Shown: positions 1-12,347 of the stretch, one piece after another
How the letters are laid out: each line of letters begins with the position of its first letter
How positions within the stretch are numbered: the stretch's first letter is position 1
Source: Botryllus schlosseri
Taxonomy: Eukaryota
Reading direction: 5' to 3'
Assembly (NCBI GenBank): GCA_051294905.1
Contig: CM119382.1
Span: forward strand, 16,678,001 to 16,742,000
DNA length: 64,000 nucleotides
Position numbers and translations under genes: made by a program
The notes under the pieces: model-generated
Databases searched by the model: none
Told to the model about the DNA's origin: nothing
What the model saw: only the letters and a program-made list of their open reading frames with translations

Positions 1-629
1 AACTGACTAACTGCATTTTTCGTTCAAACTATTCACGTGCAAACATAATCCCTATTGTGTTTGATAAAGATTAATTAGGCTGTCCATCGGCTATATATAT
101 CCGAATCACCGTCTTTACGATCGTGATCATATCCGGTGCGGTAAATTGACATGCTGACCAAATCGGGCTCCCATTTCAGTTTTCCAAAAAAGACCCGTAT
201 TCGGCAAAAACATATCTCGTCTGTTATAATGAATATGGTATTCAGCGAGATGGCGTTTATGAATGAAATCACTGAACAATCAGGTACGATGAAATGTCGA
301 AGAAGTAATTCAAGATGAAAAAGTCAGCAACGATATTACTCGTTCCCAACACAAACGCAACATAAGAGGTTTAAATTTGTGGTAATTCAGATTCTGTCAA
401 AACGCATGGCGTAAGATATTGTCAATTGGAATGATAATTTAAGATTCCATCACAATGCCCATAGTTTAATTCATTGAAATTACATTGGATTATCAAAAGC
501 ATGGTCAGAGAAACTCAGTTAATCTTACAGAAAATAAAGGGATTGCCTCTTTTTAACAGTAAGCATTCGCTATTTAACAAATCGATATCGTTAATTCCAT
601 CTTATCGGACCGGCAACAACACAATAACA

Positions 630-881
630 ATGTACTCAGCAACGTGTACGTTCTGGATGATTCTCGGAACTCTTTCGTCGGCAGTATGTTATCACCAAGG
701 ATTCTTTACAAACTTCCATTCAAGTCACAGCACGGCGTTGTGCACTAAAAGATACATTAACTCACTTGCTGACTGTCCGGACGAACTAAAGTGCAAGGAT
801 GACACAAACTGCTCTTCAGACGATGTGTGCTGTCCAAACTCCTGCGGAACGGGCACCTGCATGCCCCCATACATTGTTGGA
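630..881 (+). CDS. WFIKKN: WFIKKN exon 1: signal peptide + WAP four-disulfide core
   Basis: ATG at 630 (the ORF-track start at 474 is a TTG); hydrophobic N-terminus MYSATCTFWMILGTLSSAVC; 8-Cys WAP pattern CTKRYINSLADCPDELKCKDDTNCSSDDVCCPNSCGTGTC; donor GTGAGT at 882, phase 0. Confidence 0.88.
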
Positions 882-3800
882 GTGAGTGACTGTATACCAT
901 TTGTTTCGCTTATTTTTTCTCCTGTTATATCAGATGTGACAATATCATTGCTACCATACTATAATCCGAAGCTATTTTGTAAATCTTTGATTCCCGTCTT
1001 TGAGTCCCGTCTTTTGTGTATCAACCTGGTGTAACCTATACGATGGGCGTCCGCGCACCAAAATGGAGGATATCATAGGAAATTATAGCTGTAGGGTTAA
1101 GACAAGTTTTGGTATGTTGGTGAAGCTTACTGTAAATATGGTAAGATGTGGAATGGCGTTGGCAAACGCAAGGAAGAGAATACTAGTGGTTGGAAAATAA
1201 CCTTCCCGCTTTCTTGGCCTAATTACTTTACTAGCCGAATGAAGTACGAAACGTCTTTGATGCTCCTGAAGACAGGTACGTAATTTAGCTGATATTAACA
1301 ACACACGGCTTAAGGACTATTACGCGTGGGATAATTCGTGCGCGCTTCAAGACCTTATAATTATACACATATTTAACATACAGTGTTGTGAAAATTATCA
1401 TCGCGTGGGGGCTTGGATCATAGTTTGCAAACCCTCATGAATCATCATGCAAATCTCCGCGTTAAGGTCTGTAACCAAGTGGTCCACCATGTAGTGACTC
1501 AAAACAATCGATAAAAACTAATCAAATTTTATTCTATTCTTTTATTCGAAAACCAAACGCTTACATTTGAAGATGACGTAAACATGATGCACCCAGAAAT
1601 TCGATAGGAAGTCATGTAAAGTGTGCCACATTGGTTAGTTCGTGGAGCCTTGGATCTCGTAATATCGGTACCGTAAGTAGGTCAAAAGGAATGGGAAACG
1701 TGTGTCATGCCTCACCCCGTTTTGATGTCTTACGAGGGGAGTATATTGAAGATAATATAGATGCCCTGCCCACCGTATTACAAATGTTCACAAACCACGC
1801 GACCAAGAAAATTGTGAAAATGGGCAATATATCGTAATATGTGTTTCACCATCTCTCGTCTCCATGTCCGAGACCCACATGTTCCGTGCCATTATTCATA
1901 ACGTAGCAGTTTCAATGATATTTATTTTGGCGATTGGTGGTAATTTTCTAGCTTCTCGCCTTGTTAACAGTGCTTTTGCGTAGTCGATAGATACTTTTGT
2001 GGGTGATATTTCGAAAATGGTGTGTAGCAGAGTGCCTCGTAATATAATACCTGATCATTCCTACAATTTGACGCAATGGTACAATTGTAAAAATATTCCT
2101 GAACAGCAACAAAAGGAAATAGGTAATAAGTAAAACATTTACAGCTCTAATTAAGCGGATGTCGTTGTTCACGAAATCAAGAGGTATATCAAGTTCATAT
2201 TAATTCGTCGTGGCGATTAAGCGGAAGCTGAATAGGCCATTTCGGCATGCTTTAGCTTTGGAGTTGGACAACGCCAGGTAAAAGCGAAAATTTTATGGGG
2301 GCAGGCTTTCGAATCATGAAGATTATTTTTATTATATCATATTTTTAATATATAGCTGACTCCATAGCGTACCTGAACGCATCGGTATTGGTATTGAAAT
2401 TTTAAGGCTATGCCGGCACCATATACCGTTCTAAGTGAAATGTCAAATGATATACGAATACTTCTCAAATATATCTGTTGTCACAACCATGATCATTTAA
2501 AATCACAGCATCCTCATTGTCATCCGTAAGCGATGACTTGCAAAATCCTAGAGCAAACTTGGGTGTGCTGTAAATTGGCAGTTCACGGATCATGAAAATA
2601 ATACCGGTCCCGTGTAAAACGACCATGTCGAAATACTATGAATTGCAAAACAGCTACAAACATACTGCTTTGATATGTGAAGTCTTACATGAAGATCGTA
2701 CCTTTCAGGCTGCACCCCGAGTGAATTTCTTTGGTAAATGCAACATGTTATATGGCTACCACCAATAGGTCTATCGGAGATCTGCAAACACTATTATGAC
2801 TAATTTTCTCGAAAAACAACCAAACGTGACCTGGTTGGACCACGCCTATAGTACACCCCTGCTGGAAATGGGTCTCGTTCGTATTTATATTTTGATGCCT
2901 CTTACATTAGGAATTTGTAATCTTGCGGCTTATATTATATTTGGGGGCACCGCAGAACGAGAATGGTCCAGGCTGTAAATCTGTGTATAGATTAATCCCA
3001 AATATCGTTTGCCTTCGAAGCCGTAAGTTCCGACTAATAACATGAATTGCAAACAAACTTTGAATCATTGGATGGATAACAAATGAAATTGCTGTTATTA
3101 TTAGGATTGCGTCGTGCATAAAGGTCACCAAATACTAAGATAACATCGCTTTCGTTTTCTAGTCTGTAAACGGTTTATGCTCTAACAATATGGCGACTGG
3201 AAATATTTGCAAATTTTAAGTTTTTCTAGAAAAGCCTATCTCGTCTGACGGTTGGATTTGAATAATTGTATTTGATGGTTCAACAAAACAAAATGGGTTT
3301 GTACATGCACTTGTGTTTTTAAAGGCGATGAAAAGTGCCGAGAACGCCACCGTCATCTTACAACAGACACTGTCATGCAGCATATACAAATGGTTGATAT
3401 TACTAATCCGGGAAGCAGTGTGAACCATTAGTTGCGTTTCCCTATATTATTTTTAATAATTCCCTCTCATAGAACATGTAAATCTAGTTGATGAAGGCAC
3501 AGGAAACAATTTCTCATCTCGATATAGAATGTGACACGGTGTTGTTCTAGAATCGATCATTGCGAAAATATCTGCCACGCATTTTAGTTTTCAAAATGAG
3601 TTTTCAAGGTTATGAATATTTATCTACCGATGACGGTGACGTAACAGTCTTGCTCAAATAATATTTTATTTAGACTTGAGAGTCAAGTTCCAAATAATTC
3701 TAAACAGGCTTTATGGCATCGCGAAAGAGATGTTTGACAGCGCGTGATTCATGGTGGGCGTTAATTGAGACTTCGCGGAACTTTATATTTGTGTTTTGTT

Positions 3801-6800
3801 CGTAGACGTAGATTTTCAACGTACAACAACATCATGGTATTGCGGGCATAAGGTCAGTTGTTTGACCACCACGTTCGCTCTGAAACCTAGATTGATTGAG
3901 TGCCTATGTATACAACACTTGCGATAAGTCGATTGCTGCAAAGAATTTTGACGCCACATGCCGGAAAAGAATTTAACGTGTTTACCGCCCGTCAAAGCTG
4001 GTTTTATTTTTCATCAACAGGATGAGAGATAAGGGCAGATTGGTATTTGCCAGAACATGCAACCTTCTTCTATTTTTAACGGTCGATTATGTTGGCAGTG
4101 GAAATAATAAGGGTCTCACGAAGTAGAACCATATGGTATGCGCCAAATTCACAGATATTTCTTTTTCTTTTTTTTTCTCGATTGGGTACGTTTCAATATA
4201 CCGTACCACGAAAATATGAGGTAAATTCTCGTTGATTTTACTAGGTCTAGTACGCGACTTCCAATACCAGATCTAGCTAAATTATTTCATCATCACTCCA
4301 TTAGCGACTATACGTTTTGGCCGAATGACCGCAACGTGAACTGCAATAGACAATTGTGGATGACTGGACATTCATCAAGCTCTAATTCGATGGCATTATT
4401 GCTAGAAACAATTCCGTTCCAAACAACGATCATTAATCACTGACAACTTGTTCGCGACATCGGCATGTAGACGAGAGCGCACGTTTCTTCTGGGCTTTTC
4501 CGGTGGCGCGGCATGATGGTGGCTCAAACCTGTAATTACGGATAAATGAAATTTGGCCTAATGATCTAAAGAATTCCCCATACTTCGGGATTTTGTGATC
4601 TGGGTAATAACAAGATAGCCTGTCGACAGCGCGACATGTTTGTGTTCTAGATTTTTACAACAGTTGTCCTTACAAACAGGTCAACATCAGGGATTTCTAG
4701 AACTCACTGGTCAACAAAATATCATTATACCTCGTGGTTTCTTATCAAGAAAAGCAGTCACCCATCGAAGTTAGTAGGTGCTGTTGTTATTTGTGGTATT
4801 CATGGTGTTTGTCGACGACTATGGTCATTTAAACCAGGCCAATTTTCTTCATTTTTATTCCACAGCTGCCGACTTGTAGCAACGCCCACATCTAGGCTTT
4901 TCATAAGACACCGCTTACACGGATAAAGGAGCCTAGATAAACCTATGCGGACCCGAACCCGCAACTCATTGGTGTTGGAGCTGTGAATTATACCACTACG
5001 CTATCCCGCCACTCAAGTTAGTAGGTGTGAAATGGGTGTGTCATAAAACCGTACACACCATACAGCATCTGAATAACTGATTGGTTGAACATAACTTGAA
5101 CACGGCTTTTAACAGCAAATTCATATTTATTGACTCGAAGAACTTTTCGCGTGCTTCTTATCAGGAGCAGACGCAATAATGAAAATTTATAAATAACATG
5201 AATGGAAATTCAACCATAGCAACAATGCAGCGTAGCAACAGTCAACTTAAAAAAAGTAGTAGCCTACGCGTACTACTCTACTATACTCTTGATAAGAGGC
5301 ACGCGAAAAGTTCTTCGAGTCAATAAATATGAATTTGCTGTTAAAAGCAGTGGCCATATAGTTAAATGGCGTAACAGCTCAGATGGTGCAGTGGTTGCCA
5401 TTGGAAGACAATGTTCTATAGTTCTATATAACCTTGAGATATCGTTGCAAAATTCATTCATTCATTCATTCCATACAAAATTCATCAATAATCCAAAATC
5501 TTCGTCGCGTAGCGAGCGTGGTTCTATAGCACTTTGGAGAGTGAGAGTCATTTGTATAGTAGACATGATTTAAAGCTTTCTGACCAGGATTAACTAAATA
5601 TCCTTGTTTTCGAGAGCTACAAGTTAATAAATTCTTTACCGCAATGAATGTAGTTAGCAATACACAAAATAGAACGTAACTAAATCGGGGAGTGTACGTT
5701 ACACTGGGCTCAAAACCGATAGGTATGAGCCCATACCTAACAGTTGTTATAAGAACCTTGATTTGATCCCGAAAATAGTGCAAACAATTATTAGATCGTT
5801 AATTAGTCGGATGGTCGAAATATTTCCAATAGTCAAGTCCAACCCCGAGAAAATCGACCTAACGTGGAACTCTACCCCGTCGTCTTTAGTGCAGGTCTTA
5901 AAATATGGAGGCGCCAAACCATGAAAATTTTCGAAAGGAAAACGGACAAAAATATCTTTGACCAGGACTACATCGACATGTAGCATTTTTACGGTATAGG
6001 CGATCATCATTATCAAAACATCCATTCCATTCCATTTATACACCACTCCGTGTTATAAATAGAGCCCGGCCGATTATCGGCTTGACGATAGTATTGACTC
6101 GATATCAGATCACACTTTATCGGTATCGGCCATTAGATGTGAAAAATATCGGCAATTTTTTGTGACGTCACAACATGGTGGTAGGAGTTAGAAAACTATA
6201 ATCCTTGACCGCTAGACTGGTAATATTTCTGTATTTCATACAGCTTACACTTTCAAGGTGCCCAGATGCAGCCTTTCTGGTTTATTTCATATTCGAGTAT
6301 GACAATGGCTGTAGAGCTGTTGGTGAAAATGCCTAGCAGCTCTGCAAATGCGTTTTTTGAGGTTGATTCCACCTTATTTGAATATCGGCTGAATATAGCG
6401 GTGTTATCGGTGAAAGTGGAAGATATCGGATTCATCGGTATCGGCCCAAAGACCCAATATCGGCCGGGCTCTAGTTATAACTGTTGAAACGACGAGAATT
6501 TCGCGGATTCCAACCATTCCAAATCTTATACGTCGACTACATCCAGCCGGTGTTGGGATGACTCGAGTCACCTTTTTCGTATGACTTGACTTGACTCGAG
6601 TCACTTTGCTAAAATGACTTGACTTGACTTGACTCGGCGCATCAAAAATGTGGATTGACTCGTGACTCGGAGCAAAATTCACGAGTCAATTTCAAGTCAT
6701 CAAGTAATCGGTGTCGATAAAAATCCCTGTATCTTGCATATGGTCGGACTGTTCGCGAAATCCTGGTGTGACCCGTGAGAGTGACCAATCTTTCAGTGAT

Positions 6801-9800
6801 CGTGCGCTTTACTGAAACTCCATCGTTCTCTCACACATAAATTGACCGCAAACGGAGTGATCGAAACTTACAGATTACGTGGTCGTAAACTAATACAGTA
6901 AAGTAATTTAATAGCAAAATCTATATTTCTATTCTCTGTTCTTTCCTTAACCAAACCTCTTGTTTTATTGAAATTGAATTCAAATATAGTTGATATAGTC
7001 CTCAACCATTAGCGTAGGCTTGAATTGTATCATATCAATTTGTAAATGGATAATGTATTGCATATTGTCAATTCGTTTCTCTATTCTGGCTGGTAACTAT
7101 AAACTTGGGCTGTGCAATTACTTACGTAGTTTAGCAGTTCTACGTATATGTGAGCGATACAGCGCCTTATTGCGATTATATTTAACTTATATTCGCTCAT
7201 TGGTTCAGAATCAATGACCACTCAATCTGTATTTTAGACAGCTAGCAAAATGCAATGACGTAATGATGCCTCATACTTCAAAAAGGCAACTTGACTTGAA
7301 TTGTGACTTGACTCGTGACTTGACTTGACTCGACTCGACTTGACTCGAGTCACCTCCAAAAATCGAGTGACTTGACTTGACTCGAGTCACTTTCGAAAAT
7401 CGACTGACTTGACTTGACTCGAGTCAAATTTTGCAATTACTCGAGATGACTCGTGACTCGGAGGTAGTGACTTGATCCCAACACTGTTTCCAGCGCTAGT
7501 CATCTCAAGGCTCATAGTAGATGTTTTTTCTCAAAGTATTTACACAATTATGACATAATTATACAAGTTTTGATTCTTTTTTATAACATTTGTATCAAAC
7601 ACTGTTTAAAACATTCCTGCTTGAATGCAACCATAATTTCAACTATGTAGACCTGCTGAGCTTATTGATTCCCTCATAAGAGACATTGAAGTGTATTCAA
7701 AAACTTCTTTTCACTTAACAAAATTAAGTATTTCACTAATAAAACTATTACTTGACGTAGCAATAAAATTAGTCAAAACTACCCAAGTGCTCCGGAAGAG
7801 AAGTGATATATGCATATATATGCGAGCTCGATAATGGGCGGTTGAATGGAACAAGTTTGAGAACCACTGGTACAAATAATACGAATTATGGAACAGTGGT
7901 ATAACCGAAATATTTTCCAGGATTTACCGGACGATCAGCGCCGGTGTGAAAACGTTTCTTGCACTGGTCAAGGGAGACAATGCGTCGTTTACAATGAAAG
8001 AACTTGGTGCATTTGTGAACGGAGCTGCCAGGACGTGTCGACGAATGACGAACTTGTGTGCGATCAAAATGGCACAACATACCTATCTATGTGTCTCCTG
8101 AACAAGCGGGCTTGCGAAACAAGGCGTGAATTAATCCCAACAAGATGTCCGTACCTCGAAGGGAACGCCGTTGATAATGCAATCGATAGTGCAGAACCAT
8201 ACTTCACTACCATAGCACATGGACAAGCGGCCGTCGAGGGGAGTAACGTCCGATTGATCTGTAGGCCAAACGGGAACCCTATACCTATGATCCACTGGCA
8301 AACGCCAAAAGGAAGGTTGTTGGAAGTGGGACAAACCAGTCACATGGATGATGGCAGGATTTCCGTGGACGGTACCGGTACATTAATCATAACTGGGGTC
8401 ACCCTGGGCGACGACGGGGAATACTTTTGTATAGCTACAAGTAGACTGGGGGAAGCAATAAGAAGATATCGACTACAAGTCCAAGGTGAACTTTTCTTAG
8501 TAGCAGCACCCATCCAGAGCGCGTTGTTTCGATGCCTAATGGTTGTCCGCAAATATTTGCTAACTAACTAATATACATATTCTAAGAATCAGCCCCATAA
8601 AGCACTGCCTGGTTCTTGTATTTGACTGACTCAGGTTTGTGCGCTTTTTCACTGTGTTATGTCTCACCCGCTTACTGATCACTCTAAAAAGTTAGACAAT
8701 CTTTATGATTAAAGAAGTTCAGTCCGACTGCGAAACATCAGGGTATCCCAAAAAACCTACTATCGAACATTACATTGGCGAGACGTACGGTCTATGGATA
8801 CGGCAATCAGTCACGCGTCAATTGCTGTACCAGCCGTTCTTATGATCATAAATTGACAAATTCCGCCGGGACGTACGTCTCGGTAGAACTGATTCTCCAT
8901 GTATTCTACGTTTATGAGTTGATGCTAGATCAGGGGTTCTCAAACGGTGAGCCATGGCCAGCTGGTGAGCCACAAGAGCATTTTGAGGTGGGCCACAAAG
9001 CTATGTGGAAAATTTCTAAGTCGATTACCACGCATCGAACAGGATTATGGCTCTAAGATAAGAGGTGGGCCTCAGCACATTTTCAAACAGAAAAATGGGC
9101 CACGGCCAAGAAAGGGCTTAGAACCCCTGTGTTAGATGCTACCTTAGTGTCCTATATTCGACAGCCCGACAATGGTGTGGACACAAGCAAATCCCACGGC
9201 TCACTGCGATTGGGTTACGTCATTTTTTCCAGCAGCGCAAACCGCAAGCGTATTGGCTATTGGTGAGCAATCGATTGAGCATTCACACTCTCATTTTACT
9301 GCGCACTTGCTACTGAGCTGTGCCATATTATTCCAGACGACACATTTACGTCACAATGTAATTCTCCGTTACAATGCGAAATTCAAGGCTGATTTTGGTG
9401 GGGACCACGAGCAGAATAAAATTTATATTTTCGCAGTCAGTACCGCGGTAGCATTCAATTGATATCAATTTTATCGATTTTGGTGCTCGGCAAGCCAGTC
9501 TATATAATGCCGTAAATTGCCTTGGTCAAATGGAAAGAAAGACGTAACCCAATCGCATTGAGCCGTGAGATTTGCTTGTATCCACACAATTGTAGTACAC
9601 TATGATTCTACACTGCATGCATAGAGAGACAGATTGCTTATCAGGATCACCCCTCCTACAGAATCCAGGAATACCGTTCGCCGCTCTTCTACAGTATTAC
9701 AAGTTGATTGCAACAATTATCCTGCGAGGCAAGCACAGCGATGTCGCCGAAAACGTACGCTGCCGATTAAATGGATGTGGGTGTATGACAAGGGCTCGAA

Positions 9801-10703
9801 CACTTGCAACACGTCCTTTTTCCGAGATTGCTACGCCGTCACAAATAAAGTTAGTCTAGTGCGTTAATGTATAGTCCATGCCGTGAATGTATATACATCA
9901 ATGTTTATATTTCTGTAGTTTGCAACGAAGAGCAAATGCGAAAATGCTTGTGTCAAAGATGTATGCGCGTTACCGGCTGAGAGGGGGAGCTGCAATGATT
10001 TTCGCGTGCGGACAGCATACAATGCGGCTCTTGGACACTGCGTAGTACGATCTCGACAATATTCCAGGGTTATCTAATGAAATTAAACACATTCATTTTT
10101 ATTCAGCCGTTTGTGTACGGAGGATGTGAAGGGAATCTCAACAACTTCAGAGACATGGCCCAGTGTAATCTTACATGCGGCAAAGGCCCGCACCGCGGCA
10201 GTGTTCCAACACCTCTGTGTAAAAATTGCAAACCCAACGAAGGAAGAGCAGTTTGCAGCGCTGACTTCGTGATAGTTGCGAACATCAAGCGACTGCCACG
10301 CAAAGCGAACGATGATGACAGATTCCCAATCATGCACGTTGAAATAACGGAAATATTAGCTGACTGGTCGATCAACTTAAACTTGAGTCGGAGAAATTTA
10401 CTGAACCTGCAGGAAGCACGGATGGACATCAAGGTAGAGCTTGATCAAGAGTGCCCATGCCCCAAAATGTACGACCTTCGGAGCGGTGGCAACCGTGGCA
10501 AATTCTCGCGTAGGCGACTATCCGGAAGATCAAGTGACGTTTCAGCGATTATAGCGGGGAAAGAGGTGGATGGATTCCCGACTTTAACAGAGGACGGGCT
10601 CGCACAGAAAACAACATCCAGTGGCTACAAGCGAGTTAGCGAGTCCATAATACAGAGCGAATTCTTGTGCAACGCACTTGCGAGCATGAATCGGCAGGGT
10701 TGA
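630..10703 (+). CDS. WFIKKN: WFIKKN-family secreted multidomain protein (WAP, follistatin/Kazal, Ig, 2x Kunitz, NTR); spliced model join(630..881,7921..8485,9662..9849,9919..10044,10107..10703), 575 aa
   Basis: Five GT-AG bounded exons with compatible phases (0,1,0,0) sum to 1728 nt = 576 codons including the stop. Domain order signal peptide-WAP-FS/Kazal-Ig-Kunitz-Kunitz-NTR is the diagnostic WFIKKN architecture. Confidence 0.93.
4942..5012 (-). mobile_element. tRNA-derived SINE head or tRNA pseudogene
   Basis: Minus strand reads A-box TAGCGTAGTGG and B-box-like GGTTCGGGTCC at tRNA-like spacing; no complete cloverleaf acceptor stem. Confidence 0.45.
5105..5348. repeat. Long inverted repeat / MITE-like foldback
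   Basis: Arms 5105-5167 and 5286-5348 are reverse complements at 61 of 63 positions, with a 118-nt spacer. Confidence 0.8.
6060..6473. mobile_element. hAT-type MITE (ATCGG/CCGAT-rich ends), 414 bp
   Basis: 15-bp perfect TIR TAGAGCCCGGCCGAT; flanking 8-mers GTTATAAA/GTTATAAC. Confidence 0.85.
6548..7486. mobile_element. hAT-type non-autonomous element, GACTC/GACTT-repeat family, 939 bp
   Basis: Ends CGGTGTTGGGAT...ATCCCAACACTG; degenerate TSD CATCCAGC/TTTCCAGC; same family in opposite orientation at 57109-58962. Confidence 0.85.
7921..8485 (+). CDS. WFIKKN: WFIKKN exon 2: follistatin/Kazal + Ig I-set domain
   Basis: Acceptor ttttccag at 7920; CENVSC..CVV..CICERSC..VCDQNGTTYLSMCLLNKRAC (FS/Kazal); Ig motifs LICRPNGNPIPMIHW and DDGEYFCIA; donor GT at 8486, phase 1. 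Confidence 0.92.
8931..9129. mobile_element. Short hAT (Charlie-like) MITE, 199 bp
   Basis: Ends CAGGGGTTCT...AGAACCCCTG; flanks TGCTAGAT/TGTTAGAT; related to the ends of the element at 48691-49914 and the fragment at 18969-19100. Confidence 0.8.
9145..9602. repeat. Dispersed repeat (foldback-type element family), partial copy
   Basis: Homologous by eye to 20340-20730 and 21875-22290 (shared ccagacg..ctccgttacaatgc..aggctg..cagaataaaat..cagtacc..ggtagc). Confidence 0.75.
9662..9849 (+). CDS. WFIKKN: WFIKKN exon 3: most of divergent Kunitz domain 1
   Basis: Acceptor cctcctacag (phase 1 fits exon 2); CNNYPARQAQRCRRKRTLPIKWMWVYDKGSNTCNTSFFRDCYAVTNK; donor GTTAGT at 9850. Confidence 0.8.
9919..10044 (+). 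CDS. WFIKKN: WFIKKN exon 4: end of Kunitz 1, start of Kunitz 2 (absent from the ORF track)
   Basis: Acceptor tttctgtag; FATKSKCENACVKDVCALPAERGSCNDFRVRTAYNAALGHCV; donor GTACGA at 10045 restores canonical C-x-x-F spacing with the next exon. Confidence 0.85.
10107..10703 (+). CDS. WFIKKN: WFIKKN exon 5: end of Kunitz 2 + NTR/C345C domain, stop
   Basis: Acceptor tttttattcag; PFVYGGCEGNLNNF..C...C, then NTR motifs CKNCK..CSADFVIVA and CPCP; TGA at 10701-10703. Confidence 0.92.
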   Translation, partial: PFVYGGCEGNLNNFRDMAQCNLTCGKGPHRGSVPTPLCKNCKPNEGRAVCSADFVIVANIKRLPRKANDDDRFPIMHVEITEILADWSINLNLSRRNLLNLQEARMDIKVELDQECPCPKMYDLRSGGNRGKFSRRRLSGRSSDVSAIIAGKEVDGFPTLTEDGLAQKTTSSGYKRVSESIIQSEFLCNALASMNRQG

Positions 10704-10913
10704 TATGAGAGGTGTTTTTCGTGTCCATGGATGACTGCACAATTACCCGGTTCGTGTAGTGCGGCTTGTTTCAATTCGCAATATGTGTGAGCGAAGATGA
10801 CATTAACTTTATTTACTTTATTTATATGCATACGCGGTTGCCAAGGTCTTCAATGGATGGTTTGAGACTAACAAGTCGAAGATTCGAAATAGATTTCGAG
10901 GTCGCACTTATTG

Positions 10914-10919
10914 AATAAA
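10914..10919 (+). promoter_or_regulatory. Candidate polyadenylation signal of WFIKKN
   Basis: AATAAA about 210 nt after the stop codon. Confidence 0.5.
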
Positions 10920-12347
10920 ATACAGAATGTGAAAAGTAATTATTACTCTATAGCACGGGTGTGCAACCTAGTTACCAGCGGGCCAGACATAAACAACTCG
11001 ATGAAACCGTGGACCATACAGTAGACTTTTAATAGTTACGGGGTTCATCGGCTCATTAAGAGTAAACTGGATAGCCAGGATGGCGAGGATGGCGAGCCTT
11101 TACCAATCAAATGTGATGTCGCACTATACAGAACAACCGCGGATTGCTCGTGGTGAATTGCAAATCGCGTGAACCCTATTCGCGTTATGGAATAAATGAT
11201 GTCACGATATGCATGCTTCAATGTTTTGCGGGCCCATTTCGTAGACTACTTGCGCTTAGCTCAAACACCACGGACTAGTATAAATTGGCAACCCATTTCA
11301 CAGGCCACAAAATTGTCCCCTGCTGTCCGCAGGTTGCACATCTCTACGGTATAACAGCTGCTAAGGTGCTTTGGGAACTCATTCCAAGCAAGGTATCTGT
11401 CATTTACATTAGGTTTTGTTTTATCTAACATATGACGTCTCACAAGAGAGTTCTCTGGAAAACGATAACTGTACACTGTACAGCAGTATAGCCTGTTTTA
11501 TATCTGTATCGTCTGAACAGATCATCTCAAGAAATTCCAGTGATTCTATGTGAATATCGCATAATTATAATTTAAAACTATAACTAGTATGCATAGTTGG
11601 TCGGTAACAAAGAGCTTCTAATTCTTCGTAGTACTCAATCGGGGTTTGTCTATTTTCAGCAATTATATTCAAGAAAATCTAATTTTCCGCTACTTCTACT
11701 TCTGCGTTTTGCTATATCCTGTGACTTACTTACTCATATTTCGCTATTTATAGTGTGTCAATTAGAAGTATTATGTTCCTCCAATGCGAGAAAGAGACGG
11801 AAAGGAAGTTCATCCGCACTGTTTTCACGGAGATTGTGTTTTTGGCGGGACATTCGGTCTCTCTCACGCGACCGCCCTCACGTTCCCATAAAAATTTAGG
11901 CCAACTGATAAGACCTTCATCGTCAAATATGCGTTACATATAATAATGAAGAGCGGGGCTAAGTGAAGATCAACATGTTTATCGATAGATCAGCCTTGAT
12001 AGGTACTGACGGCAGGTGCTCTGCTTTACTCAATATACAGCTTGCTTGCATGAGAGGCATTACTGCTTTGCGATTTCGAATCTCTTATTTATGAGGATAT
12101 ACCCAGTGTTACGCTCTCCTATTGCCAGATGGAGCCATGTACCTAACTGCAGACAATAAGGATCAGACGAGTTGTCATTGACATATATAGCGAACCACCG
12201 AAATTTTGGCAAGTTTAAATTTCCTAATGTTTTCGTATAATTTATTGTATTTTGAGTAAATGTTCCTTGTTCAAGTATAAGTTAATTTAAAAAATCAGCG
12301 GCTCGCTCCCCTTTGGCGGGTTTGGGTCGAGTTATTAGGCTACTTAT

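Noticed and set aside
75-290. Minus-strand 65-aa ORF or plus-strand 55-codon ORF at the window start as exons of another gene
   Set aside because: No recognisable domain and no partner exons identified; it may be WFIKKN upstream or 5' UTR sequence.
474-629. N-terminal extension of WFIKKN from the ORF-track start at 474
   Set aside because: That start is a TTG; the ATG at 630 directly precedes a signal-peptide-like segment.
4942-5012. Functional tRNA gene
   Set aside because: A and B boxes are present, but there is no acceptor stem or clean anticodon arm; kept only as a SINE or pseudogene candidate.
5747-6046. BEL/Pao integrase C-terminal remnant (DVVLVKD motif) on the minus strand
   Set aside because: Only one short motif matches; no LTR or other pol motifs were found.
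9230-9330. Site-specific invertible segment (core reversed relative to the copies at 20340 and 22030)
   Set aside because: The element has long inverted arms, so a copy in opposite orientation gives the same appearance without any inversion event.
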